A program made the position numbers and the translations under genes. The notes under the pieces are model-generated. The model worked only from the letters and a program-made list of their open reading frames with translations. It was not told the DNA's origin and did not search any database. From NCBI GenBank assembly GCA_047614525.1, contig JBLHEU010000001.1, positions 1 through 48,163 on the forward strand: 48,163 bases of DNA, given 5' to 3'. The stretch is from Bacteroidia bacterium (lineage in GTDB: Bacteria > Bacteroidota > Bacteroidia > UBA10329). This document shows, piece after piece, positions 27,817-37,763 of this stretch (position 1 is its first letter; each line of letters starts with the position of its first letter).

Positions 27817-28560
27817 ATGGCCATAAATAAGCACATAGATGAAACCAAGCTTCCCAAGCACGTAGCCGTTATTATGGACGGTAACGGGCGCTGGGCTAAA
27901 CAGCGAGGTAAACTGCGAACTTTTGGCCATAACAAGGGTGTAAAAGCGGTTAGGGAAACGGTGGAGTCTGCTGCTGAAATAGGCATTGAGCATTTGACGC
28001 TTTATGCATTCTCTACTGAAAACTGGAATAGACCTAAATTTGAGATTAACGCACTTATGACTTTGTTGGTTAAAACCATCAGTAAGGAAACAAAAACACT
28101 TACGGAAAATAATATCCGATTAAATGCAATTGGTGACCTTGAAAGCCTTCCTTCTAGCTGCTTAAAAGAGCTGAATGAGGCAATTGAGAAAACCAAAGGC
28201 AATACACGCATGACTTTAACGTTGGCCTTGAGCTATTCCTCTAAATGGGAAATAACAAAAGCCATAAAGGCCATTGCAAAAAATGTTAATTCCGGAAAAT
28301 TGAAGGTCGAGGAGATAGATGAATCCACTTTAGATAAGCATCTTTGCACGCTTGGCATTCCGGATCCAGAATTATTGATTAGAACCAGTGGAGAGCACCG
28401 TATCTCCAATTTTCTGCTTTGGCAGATTGCATATGCAGAATTATATTTTACAGACAAGTTGTGGCCCGATTTTAACAGATCGGATTTTGAAGCGGCAATC
28501 ATTGACTATCAAGGACGAGAAAGAAGATTTGGAAAAATCAGTGAGCAGATCAGCGCTTAA
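27817..28560 (+). CDS. uppS: Isoprenyl transferase / undecaprenyl-diphosphate synthase
   Basis: 'HVAVIMDGNGRWA', 'LTLYAFSTENWNRP' and 'IRTSGEHRISNFLLWQIAYAELYF'. Confidence 0.95.
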   Translation: MAINKHIDETKLPKHVAVIMDGNGRWAKQRGKLRTFGHNKGVKAVRETVESAAEIGIEHLTLYAFSTENWNRPKFEINALMTLLVKTISKETKTLTENNIRLNAIGDLESLPSSCLKELNEAIEKTKGNTRMTLTLALSYSSKWEITKAIKAIAKNVNSGKLKVEEIDESTLDKHLCTLGIPDPELLIRTSGEHRISNFLLWQIAYAELYFTDKLWPDFNRSDFEAAIIDYQGRERRFGKISEQISA

Positions 28561-31039
28561 GCGCAGTCAAATATTGCTAGCCGTTATGTGTGTGCTGATG
28601 CTTTTATCGGCTACGGTATACGGTCAAGCAATTTCTATTGGGCAAGATAAATTTGATTATTCATCTCCCAAGCAGTATGAGATTGGTGACATCACCGTTT
28701 CGGGAACCAAATACCTTGATAAAAAGGTGCTTGTGCTGCTTTCTGGGCTGACTAAAGGTGAAACTATTCAAGTTCCAGGGGAGGCGATAACAGAAGCTAT
28801 TCACAAGCTTTGGGATCAAGGCCTTTTTAGTGATATAGATGTTCGTGTTACACGGGTTTATGAAGAGAAAATCTATTTGGAACTCGTTCTACAGGAACGC
28901 CCTCGTCTTAGCAAATACGCTCTTAAAGGCGTTAAGAAAGGAGATGCAAATGACATTCGAGAATCTATTCGATTGATAAAAGGGAAGGTGGTCACTGACA
29001 ACCTTATTATGAATACCGAAAATATCATCAAAGACCACTTTGTAGATAAAGGGTTTTTGAATGTTGCCGTGGCTACAGAAATGGAGAAAGATTCCACTCT
29101 GCCAAATAATGTAATCCTAAAATTCAATGTAGAAAAAGGGAAGAAGGTTAAGATTGCCAAGATTATTTTCCGAGGAAATGAAGAGATCAAGAATGGTAAG
29201 CTTAGCCGGTCTATGAAGGAAACCAAGCAACGTCAATGGTGGCGCGTTTGGAAAACGTCTAAGTTCTTGGATTATGAATACGAAGCAGATAAGAAAGCGC
29301 TTATAGCCAAGTACAATACTATGGGCTACCGAGATGCTCGTATTCTTAGCGACACCATTTATAAGCTTAATAATCGATTGATAAATATTGAAATCAATCT
29401 CGAAGAAGGTAGAAAGTACTACTTCAGAAATATTAAATGGGTTGGTAATACCAAGTATTCTTCTGAGGTTCTCGATAAAATTCTCGGGATAAATGAAGGA
29501 GATGTTTATGACCAATCTAGATTGGAAGCCAATCTGTTTATGAATCCGAATGGAAGAGACGTTAGTTCACTTTATCTGGATGATGGCTATCTGTTCTTTA
29601 ACGTAGAACCCGTTGAGGCGCTTGTTGTAAATGACAGTATTGACCTGGAAATGCGAATTCGTGAAGGCAAGCAGGCTACTATTAATAAGGTAACTGTGGT
29701 TGGTAACACAAAAACCAATGATCATGTTATCCTACGTGAGCTAAGAACAAAACCGGGACAGCTTTTTAGTAGAGCAGACATTATCCGTTCTCAAAGAGAG
29801 CTTTCTCAACTAGGGTATTTCAATGCGGAAACGTTGGGTGTTGAGCCTAAACCAAACCCGGTGGATGGAACAGTAGATATTGAATACACCGTAGAGGAGA
29901 AGCCATCGGATCAAATCGAACTTTCTGGTGGTTGGGGAGCTGGACGTATTGTAGGTACGTTAGGGGTTTCGTTCAATAACTTCTCGCTTCGAAACATGTT
30001 TAAAAAAGGGGCTTGGAGGCCACTACCTGCTGGGGACGGACAAAGACTTAGTCTAAGAGCACAGTCTAACGGATTGTTCTTCCAGTCTTACAACTTCAGC
30101 TTTATGGAGCCTTGGTTGGGCGGAAATAAGCCAAATGCCTTTAGTATCTCAGCTTATCACTCGGTACAATCAAACGGAATTCGGAGAGGAGAACTGAATC
30201 GAGAAGCTATAAGAATTACTGGCGTATCTGTTGGTATAGGAACTCGATTGAAGTGGCCAGATGACTTCTTCTTATTACAAGGCGAGCTAAGCTATCAGAA
30301 CTATATTTTGGAGAACTATCAGTTAATTACTGGCTTCAATAACGGCAATTCACACACATTTAGCTTAAAAGGAACCTTGACCAGAAACTCTATTGGGGAT
30401 CCAATATTCCCAACTTATGGTTCTACCCTTTCGGCAAGTGTTGAGCTGACCCCACCGTTTTCGGCATTCACAGGGCTCGATTATAAAACCGCTGAACCGG
30501 CAGAGAAGTTTGCGCTGATTGAATATCACAAATGGAAGTTCGATGCCAAGTGGTATATCTCTTTGGCAAAGAATTTGGTTATACAAACCAAGATGCAATT
30601 CGGGTTTCTCGGAGGATATAATTCAGATTTAGGGATTTCGCCATTTGAAAGATTCTTTGTTGGTGGAGATGGACTTAGCGGATTTGGTTTAGACGGAAGA
30701 GAAATAGTAGCATTGCGTGGATACGACAACAATTCATTATCAGCAAATTTTGGAGGAACCATTTTTACGAAATACGGAGCAGAATTCAGATACAGGATAT
30801 CTCCTAATCCGCAAGCCACGGTTTATGTACTCGCGTTTGCCGAGGCAGGAGATTCTTGGCTTACGTTTGATGAATTCAAGCCTTTTCAGCTTAAGAAGTC
30901 TGCCGGTTTGGGTGTCAGAATCTTCCTTCCAATGTTCGGGCTTCTCGGACTTGATTATGGGTGGAGGTTTGATGATGTTCCAGGGAGACCAGACATGGCT
31001 CCAGGCCAGTTCCACTTCTCAATCGGACAACAATTTTAA
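28541..31039 (+). CDS. bamA: Outer-membrane protein assembly factor BamA
   Basis: Multiple POTRA repeats, an Omp85 barrel and a C-terminal 'FHFSIGQQF'. The GTG at 28541 gives a proper signal peptide ('SALKRSQILLAVMCVLMLLSATVYGQ') and overlaps uppS by 20 nt. An ATG at 28586 is the alternative start. Confidence 0.9.
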   Translation: MSRSALKRSQILLAVMCVLMLLSATVYGQAISIGQDKFDYSSPKQYEIGDITVSGTKYLDKKVLVLLSGLTKGETIQVPGEAITEAIHKLWDQGLFSDIDVRVTRVYEEKIYLELVLQERPRLSKYALKGVKKGDANDIRESIRLIKGKVVTDNLIMNTENIIKDHFVDKGFLNVAVATEMEKDSTLPNNVILKFNVEKGKKVKIAKIIFRGNEEIKNGKLSRSMKETKQRQWWRVWKTSKFLDYEYEADKKALIAKYNTMGYRDARILSDTIYKLNNRLINIEINLEEGRKYYFRNIKWVGNTKYSSEVLDKILGINEGDVYDQSRLEANLFMNPNGRDVSSLYLDDGYLFFNVEPVEALVVNDSIDLEMRIREGKQATINKVTVVGNTKTNDHVILRELRTKPGQLFSRADIIRSQRELSQLGYFNAETLGVEPKPNPVDGTVDIEYTVEEKPSDQIELSGGWGAGRIVGTLGVSFNNFSLRNMFKKGAWRPLPAGDGQRLSLRAQSNGLFFQSYNFSFMEPWLGGNKPNAFSISAYHSVQSNGIRRGELNREAIRITGVSVGIGTRLKWPDDFFLLQGELSYQNYILENYQLITGFNNGNSHTFSLKGTLTRNSIGDPIFPTYGSTLSASVELTPPFSAFTGLDYKTAEPAEKFALIEYHKWKFDAKWYISLAKNLVIQTKMQFGFLGGYNSDLGISPFERFFVGGDGLSGFGLDGREIVALRGYDNNSLSANFGGTIFTKYGAEFRYRISPNPQATVYVLAFAEAGDSWLTFDEFKPFQLKKSAGLGVRIFLPMFGLLGLDYGWRFDDVPGRPDMAPGQFHFSIGQQF

Positions 31040-31051
31040 TATCATAATAGT

Positions 31052-31576
31052 ATGAAAAAGGTCATCTTAACATTAGTAGCATTTGGCTTTGTGTTCAACT
31101 CAATGGCACAGCGTTTCGGCTACGTAGATTCTAGTTTTATCTTAGAAAGCATTCCGGAGTACCAGAAAAAGCAAGGAGAGCTTGATGAGATTTCAGTGCA
31201 GTGGCAATCTGAGATTGAGAAGATGTATGCTGAGATAGATAGAATGTACAAGGACTATCAGGCAGAGCAAATTCTTTTAACAGATGACATGAAGCGCAAG
31301 CGCGAAGAGCAGATTATTGAGAAAGAAAAGGAAGCCAAGGAAAAGCAAAAACAGAGGTTCGGTTTTCAAGGAGATTTGTTTCAAAAGCGCCAGCAGTTCA
31401 CCAAGCCTATTCAGGATAAGGTATATGCGGCAATTAAGGAGATTGCAGATGCAAGGGGTTACGCAGTAATTTTTGATAAATCGGGCACCCTAACTATGCT
31501 TTACACATCTGCCAAATATGATTTAAGTGAAGACGTTTTAGACGAAATGGGCTACTCGGCTAAAACGGAAAAATAA
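31052..31576 (+). CDS. OmpH/Skp-family periplasmic chaperone
   Basis: Signal peptide, 'FGYVDSSFILESIPEY', a Lys/Glu-rich coiled coil, and a position immediately after bamA. Confidence 0.85.
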   Translation: MKKVILTLVAFGFVFNSMAQRFGYVDSSFILESIPEYQKKQGELDEISVQWQSEIEKMYAEIDRMYKDYQAEQILLTDDMKRKREEQIIEKEKEAKEKQKQRFGFQGDLFQKRQQFTKPIQDKVYAAIKEIADARGYAVIFDKSGTLTMLYTSAKYDLSEDVLDEMGYSAKTEK

Positions 31577-31608
31577 TTTCTAATATTGATTACCGAAAAA
31601 CAAAAAAA

Positions 31609-32106
31609 ATGAAAAAAGTACTGATACTATTAATGGCTGTGATTATGGCCGCTCCAGCATTTGCTCAACAGAAGTTTGGTCATATCGATTCTGCTGCGTT
31701 ATTGGAAATTATGCCAGAGAAAGCTAAGGCCGAAAAAGAGCTAGAAGCCTTTGCGGCTGAGTTCCAATCTGCACTAGAAGCAATGGCAAAAGAATACGAA
31801 ACAAAAGTTGCTGCTTTTCAGCAAGCAGAGCAAGGAATGATTAAGACAGTAAGAGACACCAAAGTGCGTGAAATCTCTGATCTTGAAAGAAGAATTCAAG
31901 AATTCCAACAGCAAGCCCAAGAAGAAATTGGAAAGAAAGAGCAAGAAGTTCTTACCCCAATTATTGATAAGGCTAGAAAAGCTATTGACGAAGTCGCTGT
32001 TGAGAAAGGATACACTTACGTATTTGATGCTTCTTTGGGAGTACTTCTTTACGCAAAGGATTCTGAGGACGTAATGGCTGATGTTAAAGCTAAGCTAGGA
32101 CTGTAA
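31609..32106 (+). CDS. OmpH/Skp-family periplasmic chaperone (second copy)
   Basis: Signal peptide 'MKKVLILLMAVIMAAPAFAQ', 'FGHIDSAALLEIMPE' and a coiled-coil body. Confidence 0.85.
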   Translation: MKKVLILLMAVIMAAPAFAQQKFGHIDSAALLEIMPEKAKAEKELEAFAAEFQSALEAMAKEYETKVAAFQQAEQGMIKTVRDTKVREISDLERRIQEFQQQAQEEIGKKEQEVLTPIIDKARKAIDEVAVEKGYTYVFDASLGVLLYAKDSEDVMADVKAKLGL

Positions 32107-32130
32107 GAACATTATTAATTAACTTTAGAA

Positions 32131-32161
32131 AGACCTGCCTAACTTGGGCAGGTCTTTTTTT
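32131..32161 (+). terminator. Intrinsic terminator after the second ompH gene
   Basis: Perfect 9-bp stem agacctgcc / ggcaggtct, a 7-nt loop, then a T run of six. It occupies the 5' extension of the murI ORF in the supplied ORF track, which supports the ATG at 32162 as the murI start. Confidence 0.75.
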
Positions 32162-32959
32162 ATGGATAATCGTCCCATAGGCATATTTGATTCTGGTATT
32201 GGTGGATTAACCATTGCTAGAGAATTACACTTCGTTTTACCGAACGAATCGATTCTCTATTTTGGCGATACGGCCCATCTCCCGTATGGAGATAAATCTC
32301 CAGAAACAATTATCGGATACTCGCTAGCAATCACAGAGTTTTTGCTCAAGAATAATTGCAAGGCCATTCTCATTGCTTGTAATTCTGCATCTTCTACTGC
32401 TTATGATAAGATAGTTGATTTGGTGCCAGATGGAATGCCAGTTTTTAATGTGATAGACCCATTAATCACGTATATCACTCAGCGTTACCACGCAGAAAAA
32501 GTAGGCGTAATTGGCACCAAAGCAACCATTGGAAGCCATGTGTATTTGAATAGAACACGTGCTGCTGGCTCATCAATAATCCTTGTCGAAAAATCAACAG
32601 CATTGCTAGCAGCAATGATAGAAGAGGGGTTCCATGATAACGATATTAGCCAAGCGGTAATTCAAGCCTACTTAGAAGACAGCAGGTTTGAAGGTATCAA
32701 AGCTCTCGTTCCGGCTTGTACGCATTACCCATTAATTTCTGAGGAAATTTCCGCTTACTTTAAGAACGAAGTTGAAGTAGTTGATGCTCCAGGAATAATT
32801 GCCCAGCAAGTGAAACTGGCTTTGGCTGAGAAGAACTTGCTATCGGATTCAAACAATCCGGAACTTCACTTTATGGTCTCCGACCTAACGGCATCCTTTC
32901 AGAAAAGTGCAGCTATTTTCTTTGGTGAGAAGGTGAGCTTGGAGGAGCGTAGACTGTAA
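32162..32959 (+). CDS. murI: Glutamate racemase
   Basis: 'IGIFDSGIGGLT', 'FGDTAHLPYGDKS', 'IACNSAS' and 'ACTHYP' motifs. Confidence 0.92.
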   Translation: MDNRPIGIFDSGIGGLTIARELHFVLPNESILYFGDTAHLPYGDKSPETIIGYSLAITEFLLKNNCKAILIACNSASSTAYDKIVDLVPDGMPVFNVIDPLITYITQRYHAEKVGVIGTKATIGSHVYLNRTRAAGSSIILVEKSTALLAAMIEEGFHDNDISQAVIQAYLEDSRFEGIKALVPACTHYPLISEEISAYFKNEVEVVDAPGIIAQQVKLALAEKNLLSDSNNPELHFMVSDLTASFQKSAAIFFGEKVSLEERRL

Positions 32960-32990
32960 CGTTTTTTAATGTGTGCTCTCCTTCGCAAAT

Positions 32991-33381
32991 CTAAGACGCC
33001 CGTTCATCATCGGCAGTAAACTCTAAGTGGTATAATCCGTTTACGGGATTTAGCTTAATGATAAAAGATGAGGTATTACTGTAAATATTCTCTTGTACGG
33101 TTCCGTCAGTAATGTCTGCAACCCGCGCTTCATTTTTTTGCTCTCGGCCAAATTGATATTAAACTGTCTGTTAGATGGGCTGGGTAAACAGAAATTCCAA
33201 AAGTTGCATTCGGGATTTGTTCGCTAACGGTGACGAGGTTTTTCTGACTGATTTTGAGCACAAACGCATCAGGAATAACCCTGTAATCTTCTTCTGAGAA
33301 GACACTTCTGTAAGGGCCAACGATTATATTTCTTAAAGAGACGTAAGGGTCTTCAATTGTGTTTGCCCACTCAATAACCAT
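32991..33381 (-). pseudogene. Small hypothetical gene apparently split by a 1-nt frameshift in an A7 run (alternatively a sequencing error, or a genuine 83-aa CDS at 33130-33381)
   Basis: The 83-aa ORF ends '...WPRAKK*' at gcaaaaaaatga. The +1 frame continues open for 47 more codons ('EARVADITDGTVQENIYSNTSSFIIKLNPVNGLYHLEFTADDERAS*'), and one extra A would fuse the two. No recognisable family. Confidence 0.3.
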
Positions 33382-33499
33382 AGACCTTTCTATCTCCCAA
33401 GCGATTAATTACGAAATGCTTTTGATTACAGATGGAGTTTTAAGAGACATAGAAAGTCTACTGGTGCAGTAGCACTTTTATCATCGTTTTATTATAAAA

Positions 33500-33527
33500 C
33501 CCTGCGTTTAAAAACGCGGGGCTTTTT
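33500..33527 (+). terminator. Orphan intrinsic terminator upstream of the sucA promoter
   Basis: Stem ccctgcgt / acgcgggg (8 bp, one G-U pair), loop ttaaaa, then CTTTTT. There is no annotated plus-strand gene directly upstream. Confidence 0.55.
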
Positions 33528-33563
33528 GTGTTGATTTTTCAAGAACAACCCACTCGATAATCT

Positions 33564-33571
33564 TATCTTTG
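33564..33571 (+). promoter_or_regulatory. -7 promoter box TATCTTTG for sucA-sucB
   Basis: Perfect TAnnTTTG, 31 nt upstream of the ATG at 33603. Confidence 0.4.
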
Positions 33572-33602
33572 CCCAAACCCTAAGAACACCGCATCCGACA
33601 AT

Positions 33603-36338
33603 ATGGATAAGTTCTCTTACCTCTCAAACATGGATGTTTCCACAGTGGAACATCTTTATCAGTCTTATAAATCCGACCCGAGTTCTGTTGCAGAAGACTG
33701 GCAACAGTTTTTCGCGGGCTTCGATTTTGCCGAACAACTTTACGATCAGGATGATGCCAGTTTTGGTATTCCTGCCAATGTAAAGAAGGAATTTGATGTG
33801 ATTAATCTCATTAACGGCTACCGAAAAAACGGACACCTCTTTACAGACACTAATCCAGTACGGGACCGAAGAAAGTATACGCCAACTCTCGCCATCGATA
33901 ATTTCGATTTAAGCGAGTCTGACTTGGAAACTAAGTTTCGCGCTGGTGAAATGATTGGAATCGGTCCGGCAACGCTGAAGAATATCATTGAGCACTTAGA
34001 GGCTACATATTGCCAAAGTATTGGTGTGGAATACAGATACATCCGCCAACCTGAGGTTGTGTCTTGGCTTCAAGAAAGATTAGAGAAGAATCGTAATCAG
34101 CCCGAGTTTTCGGTTGAAGAGAAAACACAAATTCTGCGAAAACTTAGCCAAGCAGTTGTTTTTGAGGAGTTCCTTGGAAAGAAGTTTACAGGTCAGAAGC
34201 GATTTTCTCTAGAAGGTGCAGAATCGCTCATTCCAGCGATGGATATGGCTGTTGAGGAAGGCTCCAATTTGGGTATTGAGGAGTTTGTAATTGGAATGGC
34301 ACATAGAGGCCGACTTAACGTATTGGCCAACATTCTCAACAAAACTTACAAGGAAATCTTCTCCGAATTTGAAGGAAAAGATTATGAAGATGCAGATGTA
34401 GAAGGCGATGTGAAATACCACCTGGGATACACTTCTTACATGACTTGCTATAACGGCAAGGAAGTAAAGATGAATCTATGTCCGAACCCATCACACTTAG
34501 AAGCGGTAGGACCAGTGGTTTTAGGTATTTCTAGAGCTAAGATTGACCGAAAGTTTGACGGAGACAACAGTAAGTTGTGCCCAATTCTTATTCATGGAGA
34601 TGCCGCTATTGCTGGCCAAGGAGTTGTGTACGAAATGGTTCAGATGGCCAAATTAGATGGCTATAAAACTGGCGGAACGATTCATATCGTAATCAACAAC
34701 CAAGTAGGTTTTACTACCAATTATGAAGATGGTAGGTCAAGTGTATATTGCACCGATGTTGCTAAAACAACGCTGTGTCCGGTTTTCCATATAAATGGAG
34801 ATGATGCTGAGGCAGTTTCGCACACGATGAAATTGGCGATGCAGTTCCGTCAGGAGTTTAAAAGTGATGTTTTTGTTGACTTGCTTTGCTACAGAAAGTA
34901 CGGTCATAACGAAGGTGATGAACCTCGTTTTACCCAGCCAAATCTTTACGATTTGATTGCAAAGCATCCTAACCCGCTTCGTATTTATGCTGATAAGCTA
35001 ACCTCATCTGGCCTTGTTGGTGCAGATTTAGTAAAAGGGATTGAGAAGGAATTCAACCAAATGCTTCAGGAGCGACTGGTAGAAGCTAAGCAGATTAAAA
35101 AAGCTACTGTAACGCAGTTCTTAGAAGATACTTGGGAAGGTTATCGTTTTGCAACAAAAGAAGATTTTGAAACGTCCTTGGAAACAGGCGTTGCCAAGAA
35201 AGATATTGAGAGCATATCTAGCGTTTTGACCACATTTCCAGAAGACCTTAACGTTTTCAGGAAGATGAAGAAGATTCTCAAAGACCGAGAGAAAATGGTC
35301 TTTGAAACGGATAAGTTGGATTGGGGAATGGCTGAGTTATTAGCCTACGGAAGTTTACTCAAAGAAGGTCATGAAGTTAGAATCTCAGGACAAGATGTTG
35401 AACGAGGTACATTTTCTCACCGCCACGCGGTGCTTAAAATTGAAGATACTGGAGCCGAATATGTGCCGTTAGATCATATCAGTAAAACGCAAGGAGAGTT
35501 CAATATTTATAACTCATTGCTTTCTGAATATGCCGTTTTGGGATTCGATTATGGATACGCATTTGGTTGCCCGAACGCATTGACTATTTGGGAGGCTCAA
35601 TTTGGAGATTTCAATAACGGAGCACAGATAATTATTGACCAATTCATTTCGTCTGCTGAAGAAAAGTGGAAAGGAATGAACGGATTGGTGATGCTTCTTC
35701 CACATGGTTATGAAGGAATGGGATCAGAGCACAGCAGCGCGCGAATGGAGCGTTTCTTACTGCTTTGTGCTGATGACAATATGGTTCTTGCCAATTGCTC
35801 AACTCCTGCAAACTTCTTCCATGTACTTAGAAGACAGATGAAGCGCGAGTTTCGCAAGCCATTGATTGTGTTTACCCCGAAAAGTTTGCTTCGCCATCCA
35901 AGATGTACATCATCTGTGGCCGAGTTGACCAAAGGTCATTTCCAAGAAGTAATAGACGATAAAACAGCAGTTGCGAAAAACGTTAATCGCGTCCTTCTTT
36001 GCAGTGGAAAAATCTATTACGATTTACTTGAGAAAAAAGAAGAACTCAATACCGAAGAAGTAGCTATTGTTCGACTAGAGCAGTTAGACCCACTACCTCG
36101 TATACAGATTGCAGCATTGCAAAAGAAATATGGTGATGCAAAATGGATGTGGGTTCAGGAAGAACCAGTAAACATGGGTGCATATGCTCACTTACTGCGC
36201 AAGTTGCGTCAACTAAATTTTGAAGCAATTGCTAGATCTGCATCAGGAGCACCAGCAACTGGTTCTGGTCAACGCCATAGAGCCGAACAAGCGAAACTGA
36301 TTGAAAAAGCATTTGCAGACCTGAAGGTCACCGCATAA
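33603..36338 (+). CDS. sucA: 2-oxoglutarate dehydrogenase E1 component
   Basis: 911 aa with '[12 protein letters not shown]', '[13 protein letters not shown]', '[13 protein letters not shown]' and '[13 protein letters not shown]', typical of SucA. Confidence 0.95.
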   Translation: MDKFSYLSNMDVSTVEHLYQSYKSDPSSVAEDWQQFFAGFDFAEQLYDQDDASFGIPANVKKEFDVINLINGYRKNGHLFTDTNPVRDRRKYTPTLAIDNFDLSESDLETKFRAGEMIGIGPATLKNIIEHLEATYCQSIGVEYRYIRQPEVVSWLQERLEKNRNQPEFSVEEKTQILRKLSQAVVFEEFLGKKFTGQKRFSLEGAESLIPAMDMAVEEGSNLGIEEFVIGMAHRGRLNVLANILNKTYKEIFSEFEGKDYEDADVEGDVKYHLGYTSYMTCYNGKEVKMNLCPNPSHLEAVGPVVLGISRAKIDRKFDGDNSKLCPILIHGDAAIAGQGVVYEMVQMAKLDGYKTGGTIHIVINNQVGFTTNYEDGRSSVYCTDVAKTTLCPVFHINGDDAEAVSHTMKLAMQFRQEFKSDVFVDLLCYRKYGHNEGDEPRFTQPNLYDLIAKHPNPLRIYADKLTSSGLVGADLVKGIEKEFNQMLQERLVEAKQIKKATVTQFLEDTWEGYRFATKEDFETSLETGVAKKDIESISSVLTTFPEDLNVFRKMKKILKDREKMVFETDKLDWGMAELLAYGSLLKEGHEVRISGQDVERGTFSHRHAVLKIEDTGAEYVPLDHISKTQGEFNIYNSLLSEYAVLGFDYGYAFGCPNALTIWEAQFGDFNNGAQIIIDQFISSAEEKWKGMNGLVMLLPHGYEGMGSEHSSARMERFLLLCADDNMVLANCSTPANFFHVLRRQMKREFRKPLIVFTPKSLLRHPRCTSSVAELTKGHFQEVIDDKTAVAKNVNRVLLCSGKIYYDLLEKKEELNTEEVAIVRLEQLDPLPRIQIAALQKKYGDAKWMWVQEEPVNMGAYAHLLRKLRQLNFEAIARSASGAPATGSGQRHRAEQAKLIEKAFADLKVTA

Positions 36339-36367
36339 AATATATTTTAGCCACACAAGAAAGAGCT

Positions 36368-37636
36368 ATGCCAATTGTAGAAATTACTGTTCCAAGTCCA
36401 GGAGAATCGATAAGTGAAGTTGAAATTGCCGCATTCCTCAAGGAGGATGGTGACTATGTTTTCCTTGATGAGGAAATTTGCGAAGTAGACTCCGATAAGG
36501 CTACATTGGCTATTCCAGCAGAGAAAGCAGGTATAATTACTTGGAAAGTTGAGGAAGGAGATGCAGTGCCTGTTGGTGGTGTTATTTGCACCATCGATAC
36601 GGATGCAAAAGCACCTGAAGGCGCAGCACCAACAGAGGAAAAAGCTGAAGAGCCGGCTCCTACGAAAGTTGAGCCAAAGGCCGCTGTCAAGGCTGAGACG
36701 AAAGCTGCTCCAGCATCTGATAAGAAAGAATCTTACGCAAGTGGAACACCATCGCCAGCGGCAAAGAAGATGATGGCAGAGAACGGTGTGGCTACCAATC
36801 AAGTAAAGGGAACCGGTGTTGATGGTAGAATTACTAAGCAAGATGTAGTAAGCGCTTTATCTTCTGGGTTTGCGTTGGGAGATGCCGGAAAAAGTTGGGC
36901 TGGTGGAAGAGAGCAACGAAGAGAGAAAATGAGTATGCTACGTAGAAAAGTAGCTGAACGTTTAGTTGCCGTTAAGAATGAAACGGCCATGCTTACCACT
37001 TTCAATGAGGTGAACATGAAGCCTATCATGGACCTTCGGAACAAGTACAAAAAAGTGTTTGCAGAGCATCACGATGTTAACCTTGGTTTCATGAGTTTCT
37101 TTACCAAAGCGGTAACAGAGGCGTTATATGAATCTCCTTCGGTTAATGCCATGATTGATGGTAAGGAAATGATTCTCCATGACTACTGCGACATAGGAAT
37201 TGCAGTAAGTTCTCCTAGAGGGTTGATGGTTCCGGTTGTGCGTAATGCAGAACAAATGAGTTTGGCTGAAATTGAAGCAGAGATTAGACGATTAGCCATC
37301 AAAGCACGAGATGGAAAAATATCTGTTGACGAAATGACAGGCGGAACATTCACCATCACCAATGGAGGTGTTTTTGGTTCTATGATGAGTACGCCAATTA
37401 TCAATCCACCCCAAAGTGCTATTCTTGGAATGCACAATATTGTAGACCGAGCGGTTGTCATAAACGGTGAAATCGTTGTACGACCAATGATGTATCTAGC
37501 ACTTAGTTATGACCACAGAATCATTGATGGAAAAGAGTCTGTTTCATTTTTAGTTAAGGTGAAAAACATGCTTGAAAACCCAGCAACGATATTGTTTGGT
37601 GGTAAGACTACCGAGGAGGTTCTATTAGGGCTGTAG
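36368..37636 (+). CDS. sucB: Dihydrolipoyllysine-residue succinyltransferase (2-oxoglutarate dehydrogenase E2)
   Basis: Lipoyl domain '[14 protein letters not shown]', an Ala/Pro/Lys linker, an E3-binding segment and the catalytic '[10 protein letters not shown]'. Confidence 0.95.
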   Translation: MPIVEITVPSPGESISEVEIAAFLKEDGDYVFLDEEICEVDSDKATLAIPAEKAGIITWKVEEGDAVPVGGVICTIDTDAKAPEGAAPTEEKAEEPAPTKVEPKAAVKAETKAAPASDKKESYASGTPSPAAKKMMAENGVATNQVKGTGVDGRITKQDVVSALSSGFALGDAGKSWAGGREQRREKMSMLRRKVAERLVAVKNETAMLTTFNEVNMKPIMDLRNKYKKVFAEHHDVNLGFMSFFTKAVTEALYESPSVNAMIDGKEMILHDYCDIGIAVSSPRGLMVPVVRNAEQMSLAEIEAEIRRLAIKARDGKISVDEMTGGTFTITNGGVFGSMMSTPIINPPQSAILGMHNIVDRAVVINGEIVVRPMMYLALSYDHRIIDGKESVSFLVKVKNMLENPATILFGGKTTEEVLLGL

Positions 37637-37763
37637 TTACCTAAAATCTTAAAAAACTGGGAAAACAAACCTGCCTATAGTTGGTCCATTTCCCCAGAAA
37701 TCTGAACAAACTAGGTTATTATCCGTACTCTGTTACTCTCAAAGGAGTCAACCAATCATAGCA

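Noticed and set aside
28873-29515. 117-aa and 132-aa antisense ORFs inside bamA. Similar 120-130-aa antisense ORFs occur at 9331-9702, 12968-13354 and 20155-20529.
   Set aside because: All are embedded in long, well-supported genes on the opposite strand and have no recognisable motifs. They are typical spurious shadow ORFs.
36347-36841. 164-aa Cys/Arg/Trp-rich ORF antisense to the 5' part of sucB
   Set aside because: It lies fully inside a confidently identified gene, over the lipoyl domain and Ala/Pro/Lys linker. Its composition is the mirror of linker codons, and it has no start context or family resemblance. It is an antisense artefact.
37650-37715. The imperfect hairpin ctgggaaa...tttccccag after sucB, considered as a terminator
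   Set aside because: It has an ~28-nt loop, a bulged stem and no downstream T-tract, so it does not meet intrinsic-terminator criteria.
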